A stretch of 62,629 bases of DNA from Candidatus Omnitrophota bacterium (GTDB taxonomy: Bacteria; Omnitrophota; Gorgyraeia; Duberdicusellales; 4484-171): assembly GCA_024231025.1 (NCBI GenBank), contig JAAEQW010000116.1, forward strand, positions 1 through 62,629, written 5' to 3'. The translations under genes were made by a program, and so were the position numbers. Below, one piece after another: positions 62,201 to 62,629 of this stretch (positions are counted from its first letter, which is position 1; the number at the start of each line of letters is the position of its first letter). The notes below the pieces were generated by a model that made no database searches, was not told the origin of the DNA, and saw nothing but the letters and a program-made list of their open reading frames with translations.

Positions 62201-62629
62201 GATTATTGGGGTGATCATGAGGCAAAAGAACTCATTACTAAATGTTTTGATAAAAACAAATGGCTCCACACTGACGTTCCCCAAGACTGGGCGCAGGTGC
62301 TGGATGATTCAGTAGCTGAAGGTATCCTCAAGCATTACCATGATGATTATACGGCAATGATTCTCGCTCCGTTTGCTGAACGTCTCCCTCGAGCGATGGC
62401 TTTAAAGGAAGCGTGTTACCTTCGGTCAATCAACCAGGTCAAAGATTCTTCCCAAATTGTTCTCGACCCAATCCTCATTGATTTCTATAAACTCCCTTGG
62501 GAAAAGTTTTGCGAACAGAGAGCGCGCTTTGGTGATCGCATTTATGATGAGCCGGCGGGAGTGGTTGGTGAGCTTATAGCAGGGCACACATTCCCAGATG
62601 AACAAGATGACCAGTCGCCACCACCATCC
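53210..62629 (+). CDS. Giant secreted/surface repeat protein, 3'-truncated by the window edge (3140 codons visible, no stop); not in the supplied ORF track
   Basis: I translated this frame codon by codon from ATG 53210 (in-frame TAG at 53174-76 upstream) to base 62629 and met no stop. N-terminal signal/anchor MRKGTTHFKAIASFLATAIFLSSFAVYFSQ...SYA. About 430-aa head domain (LWVNLSPHEEN..., NKVWIVPK..., HFAILRQIYHSLILATWFKRRL). Pro-rich linkers at 54541-54612, 56810-56862, 59720-59772 and 62618 onward. Eight in-frame copies of a ~110-aa W(L/F/I)HT...W(A)..VL...PAGEERTKAAMALREWL.LGG...LPW..FC.KRARFGDRIYDDPAGVV domain, with Trp codons at 55346, 56432, 57650, 58493, 59363, 60917, 61364 and 62261. 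Arrays of ~38-aa AI.AAIEAKILT..DK.KI.EWIDEL helical repeats lie between them. Confidence 0.9.
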   Translation, partial: MRKGTTHFKAIASFLATAIFLSSFAVYFSQLTTKSYASVLPYMPSPTKLLKVSDQFNYPVLCGIKFYPQDPFKFDFVIDKKDSNIADGEIKEEALKLIRYFLSSVAIPEDDLWVNLSPHEENSVIPHELGLTDLGKDMLGEDYVLKQLMASLVYPEEPVGKKFWEKVYARAYELYGTTNIPIDTFNKVWIVPKTAVIYENGNSAFVGKAHLKVMLGEDYVALRRAQDSTQQHSQTPAFGGTSADDRFPPKTGQAPTKDQINNISSQIMREVVLPVIEEEVNQGEHFAILRQIYHSLILATWFKRRLRRSIDSLRGHVPKAQAEGRERYVSPEAKTNILDKIYIDQKKIKGIEGTDPQIKDKIYNQYLEAYKKGVYNYIKRDYDQPSGKHVNRRYFSGGMAMRILSNMEVIEIDENSTESMPVPQAPVGGTFNLLGVGSGGILMSPPPIPPVPPSGTPPGSPSDGPPRGEGVIARVERLLAAGNYEQAKNMAVDKIKTKEIRSKEKIDQWMYKMLGSAQWPCARAIVDEAIGVGIFTKNEIIEWVDELVREKHIDHAHVVMIGAIEKNILPGNDADKEKIKKWISDLTAARHPIDVGLINRAITLANAFNKDEIIVWVNELLAEGRKHEGTSCDIIVAAIEKKILTVEDKSIIIKWLDPLMDQGFIGAIYFIVSAAIEHDVFDNEDVSEAIPKLVGDEDSAKKLITEYFNKKGWLHTGLNQDWAQVLAGEDIEEKLKNHHDQYVEVILTPAGEERTKAAMALREWLYLGGNNSPTPLTKIELDIELLNMYKLPWDDFCEKRARFGDRIYDDPAEVVAELIGGHEFGAEEQKRIRFVESYLGGRSFSGTVERMTAEYIVEGKIKSKAKIFEWIDRLGDNTSVKSLVDAAVKAGIITYADNVRVKAWVNRFLTDRRFVVSSCDILRTAIRAKIITKEDKLKVEEWIDESISPGNSFLVSTAITEAIDGEILVDQDKEKIIKWADQIAGLDYHKEKAGVALMAKVGVEKEIFSKKDIIAWFDRLIAEALWDYASAISQAARSCDLYDRHDALEAIEKLRGDDPSRGDPIVSYFFNKDMWIHTGINETWAQVLGDPKFEEMIQTPHKQFVGYPRDMYRKVITATGEDRLLKAMALREWMFLGGPLSPKSFHEIKIDPVLVDLYRLRWDDFCEKRARFGDRIYDDPAGVVGELIAGHTFPDEQDDQSPPPSAPSSLPPSSDSPVVSEVELPQGGSSAEAKLIVEVDRLIEEENFDDAKRLTIDGIKDGTIKGKTKIRKWVNQLIEKNAITPAKAIAIIAIEAKIFTKDEITEWIDGLLAKGGVDVRVVSPITCTAIKAKILTRDNEAKIVTWVDGLVNIGDRYLAGLIVVAAIEANILTGQNKLKVEEWIDELIKERIRTDIIVAAIKSEILTRDDKPKIIVWIDELVKREDDGEGWGYAFDIAVAAIECNVLDGVDALNVISKFIGSEYEEEVGGLVTKFLDTGKWFHTDVPQDWARVLDYPEIENRLKNHCDQYTKIILTPAGEERTKAAMALREWLFLGGDESSKPIADIKLDIELLNMYKLPWEKFCKQRVRFSDNDIYNRPKEVVAQLVGENAFEGGDNPELIAKIDRLIAQNKHQEARILVVEKIVDWVDKLLVKGTMHHSEAIAIAVIKPGVFTDNDKGKILEWMEQWKENHIRGFRLINISPVIEAKILTRENVSKIMEWIDLLIEKGDCSSAKDVAFAAIEGNIFYTADALGVISKFTHYKKEFEAKQFATEFLDKGRWLHTGLNQDWAQVLIGANIEKRLKDHRDEYIEVILAPAGEERTKAAMALREWLFLGGDERSKLFAEIELDTELLDLYRLRWDDFYYQRARFSNDDIYNNPKKVVTRLVEAYVFESDESQLIIGIDRLITQKRYQEARILAVKRIAAGEIADKEKIVDWVNKLLVKGARAHSEAIAVAAIKIEIFTENDKGKILEWMEQWKENHIGGFCLMSVPPAIEAKILTRDNKTRIIEWVDSLIERRDYCSAKDVTFAAIEGNIFYAADALVILKLVHYKIEFEAKQFATEFLDKGKWFHTDVPQDWAQVLTGANIEEMLKDHRDQYIEVILAPAGEQRTLRAMALREWLYLGGNESPTALSDITLDPILIDFYKLPWEKFCKQRARFGDRIYDDPAGVVGELIAGHTFPDEQDDQSSPPSAPPSLPPPSGPPVVSEAELSQGGSSAEAKLITEIYRLVETREYSEAKDLAVKGIKRGDINNKEKIQELGIWLAKKTRSTSISVDDIYPITVAAVEARIFNQDEIMDWVDEFRKIDDATVASKTALAAVEAGIFNTDEIVKWVYRLTVERRGQGGAIVACHMVEMLIMERKPFNNKEIIEWVDILLDAESLYISTAIVVSAIKAKILTSYDKTKVMEWSMRFSHESLDGKIVTSPIVVAAINEHILTSDDKTTVLELIDKIANASNVLDTLSPIAVAAINEHILTSDDKATVLELIDKIANENDNSDILWPMVAAAINKRILTSDDKAKVVEWINKRLTKNAILIDLPSNEFVLVAKKEELFDSSDVLWLVNKYIEHGQRDQAIEFIIELIKENQWLHTGLNQDWAQVLAGEDIEEMLKGHQDQYAEVILTPAGEERTKAAMVLREWLYLGGDESSKSLAEIALDIELLDLYRLRWGDFCEKRARFGDRVYDEPAGVVEEFAGDHEFEGDGGNPELVAEVDRLIEVGEYEEAKDLTTKLLDTGKWLHTDVSQNWAKVLDDPVVEEMLKHYRDDYVAMILAPSTERLSRAMALKEACYLRSIGQGENPSDIKLSRILAHFYKLPWEEFHKERMRDSNSIYHDPEMWSLDIADKYEYESSQDILGVIAEIDRIVAKENYREARILAVGHIKAGRINDKTKIKFWVDELLAQTGSLHSSTSGNAIAVAAVQADLFTKREIQSWIDELLARSDVESTAGCARDIVVDVIERDIFTQEYKEVIQAWVGIMLDRRDAFGAHGSWGITSAAIEKEIFGAPEVLPIITRLLDYWGDHEAKELITKCFDKNKWLHTDVPQDWAQVLDDSVAEGILKHYHDDYTAMILAPFAERLPRAMALKEACYLRSINQVKDSSQIVLDPILIDFYKLPWEKFCEQRARFGDRIYDEPAGVVGELIAGHTFPDEQDDQSPPPS
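53908..53985 (+). repeat. Two adjacent G+C-rich palindromic elements embedded in frame in the giant ORF
   Basis: tcccgcc-ttt-ggcggga (53914-30) and tcccgcc-aaa-gacggga (53949-65), each followed by ca(a/g)g(t/c)gccgac. They match the intergenic copy at 52741-52775. They encode SQTPAFGGTSADDRFPPKTGQAPTKDQ. Confidence 0.8.
54141..54214 (+). repeat. 15-bp-stem G+C palindrome embedded in frame in the giant ORF
   Basis: cggggacatgtaccg (54149-63) pairs with cggtacgtgtccccg (54188-202), with ggcc-gaa-ggcc in the loop. The right arm plus flank (cggtac.tgtccccg...agact) recurs at 7534-7558 in intergenic DNA. Confidence 0.8.
58025..59375 (+). repeat. Tandem duplication of a ~870-nt (~290-aa) module within the giant ORF
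   Basis: 58025-58500 is collinear with 58865-59375 (gatcggttgatt...caagaagcaagaatttta...aacgataaaggaaaaattttagagtggatggaacagtggaaagaaaacca...). The W.HT codons are 870 nt apart (58493 and 59363). Confidence 0.85.
60434..60775 (+). repeat. Three tandem 114-nt (38-aa) units within the giant ORF
   Basis: Units start at 60434, 60548 and 60662. The first two are near-identical (cctatag.ggtagcagcgataaatgagcacattttaactagcgacgataaa.caacagttctggaattgat.gataaaatagcaaacg). This is the source of the repetitive antisense track ORF 60358..60801. Confidence 0.9.

Overview
AT-rich bacterial chromosomal segment. The standard bacterial code fits, since TAA, TAG and TGA all end recognisable genes.

**Core (about 7.6-52.7 kb).** This is a dense, almost unidirectional run of about 45 housekeeping genes; only lgt is on the minus strand.
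- Metabolism and nucleotide synthesis: rpe-like, nadE, eno, an FTCD-like gene plus folD, a guaB3-like gene plus guaA, panB, apbE.
- Envelope and isoprenoid synthesis: uppS-cdsA-dxr-rseP-ispG, lgt, an OmpA-family lipoprotein, a LysM lipoprotein.
- Translation and RNA: proS, rimP, nusA/infB, trpS, hisS, aspS, trmD, rplS, ybeY, one initiator-type tRNA-Met.
- Queuosine pathway: queH, tgt, queF.
- DNA and division: scpA, ruvB, rnhB, dnaE, an HU-family gene, recO, an ftsB-like gene.
- Also an orphan CpaF-like secretion ATPase.

**Giant ORFs at both edges.**
- Left: the track ORF 210..7223 is open in frame back to base 3, so at least 2406 codons are visible. It has HEAT-like repeats, an acidic tract and a winged-helix-like segment.
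- Right: an ORF absent from the supplied track starts at ATG 53210 and runs without a stop to the last base, giving at least 3140 codons. It encodes a signal-peptide-bearing protein with hierarchical repeats.
- Together they cover about 27% of the window.

**Repeats.**
- Nearly every long intergenic spacer holds a member of a few dispersed, low-complexity, long-hairpin repeat families, plus small G+C-rich hairpins.
- Copies of the G+C-rich palindromes also sit in frame inside the head domain of the right giant ORF.

**Other oddities.**
- nusA and infB form one ORF across a poly(A)/poly-Lys tract.
- A 17-bp-stem hairpin is duplicated upstream of rplS.
- The HU-family gene and queF have candidate leaderless promoters.
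- Several aminoacyl-tRNA synthetases have reduced domain sets.

**Not found.** No CRISPR array, rRNA, transposase, integrase or recognisable defence system.

**Limits.** Lineage cannot be assigned from the sequence alone. A reduced-genome, uncultivated two-membrane (diderm) bacterium of a giant-gene-bearing lineage is only an inference.
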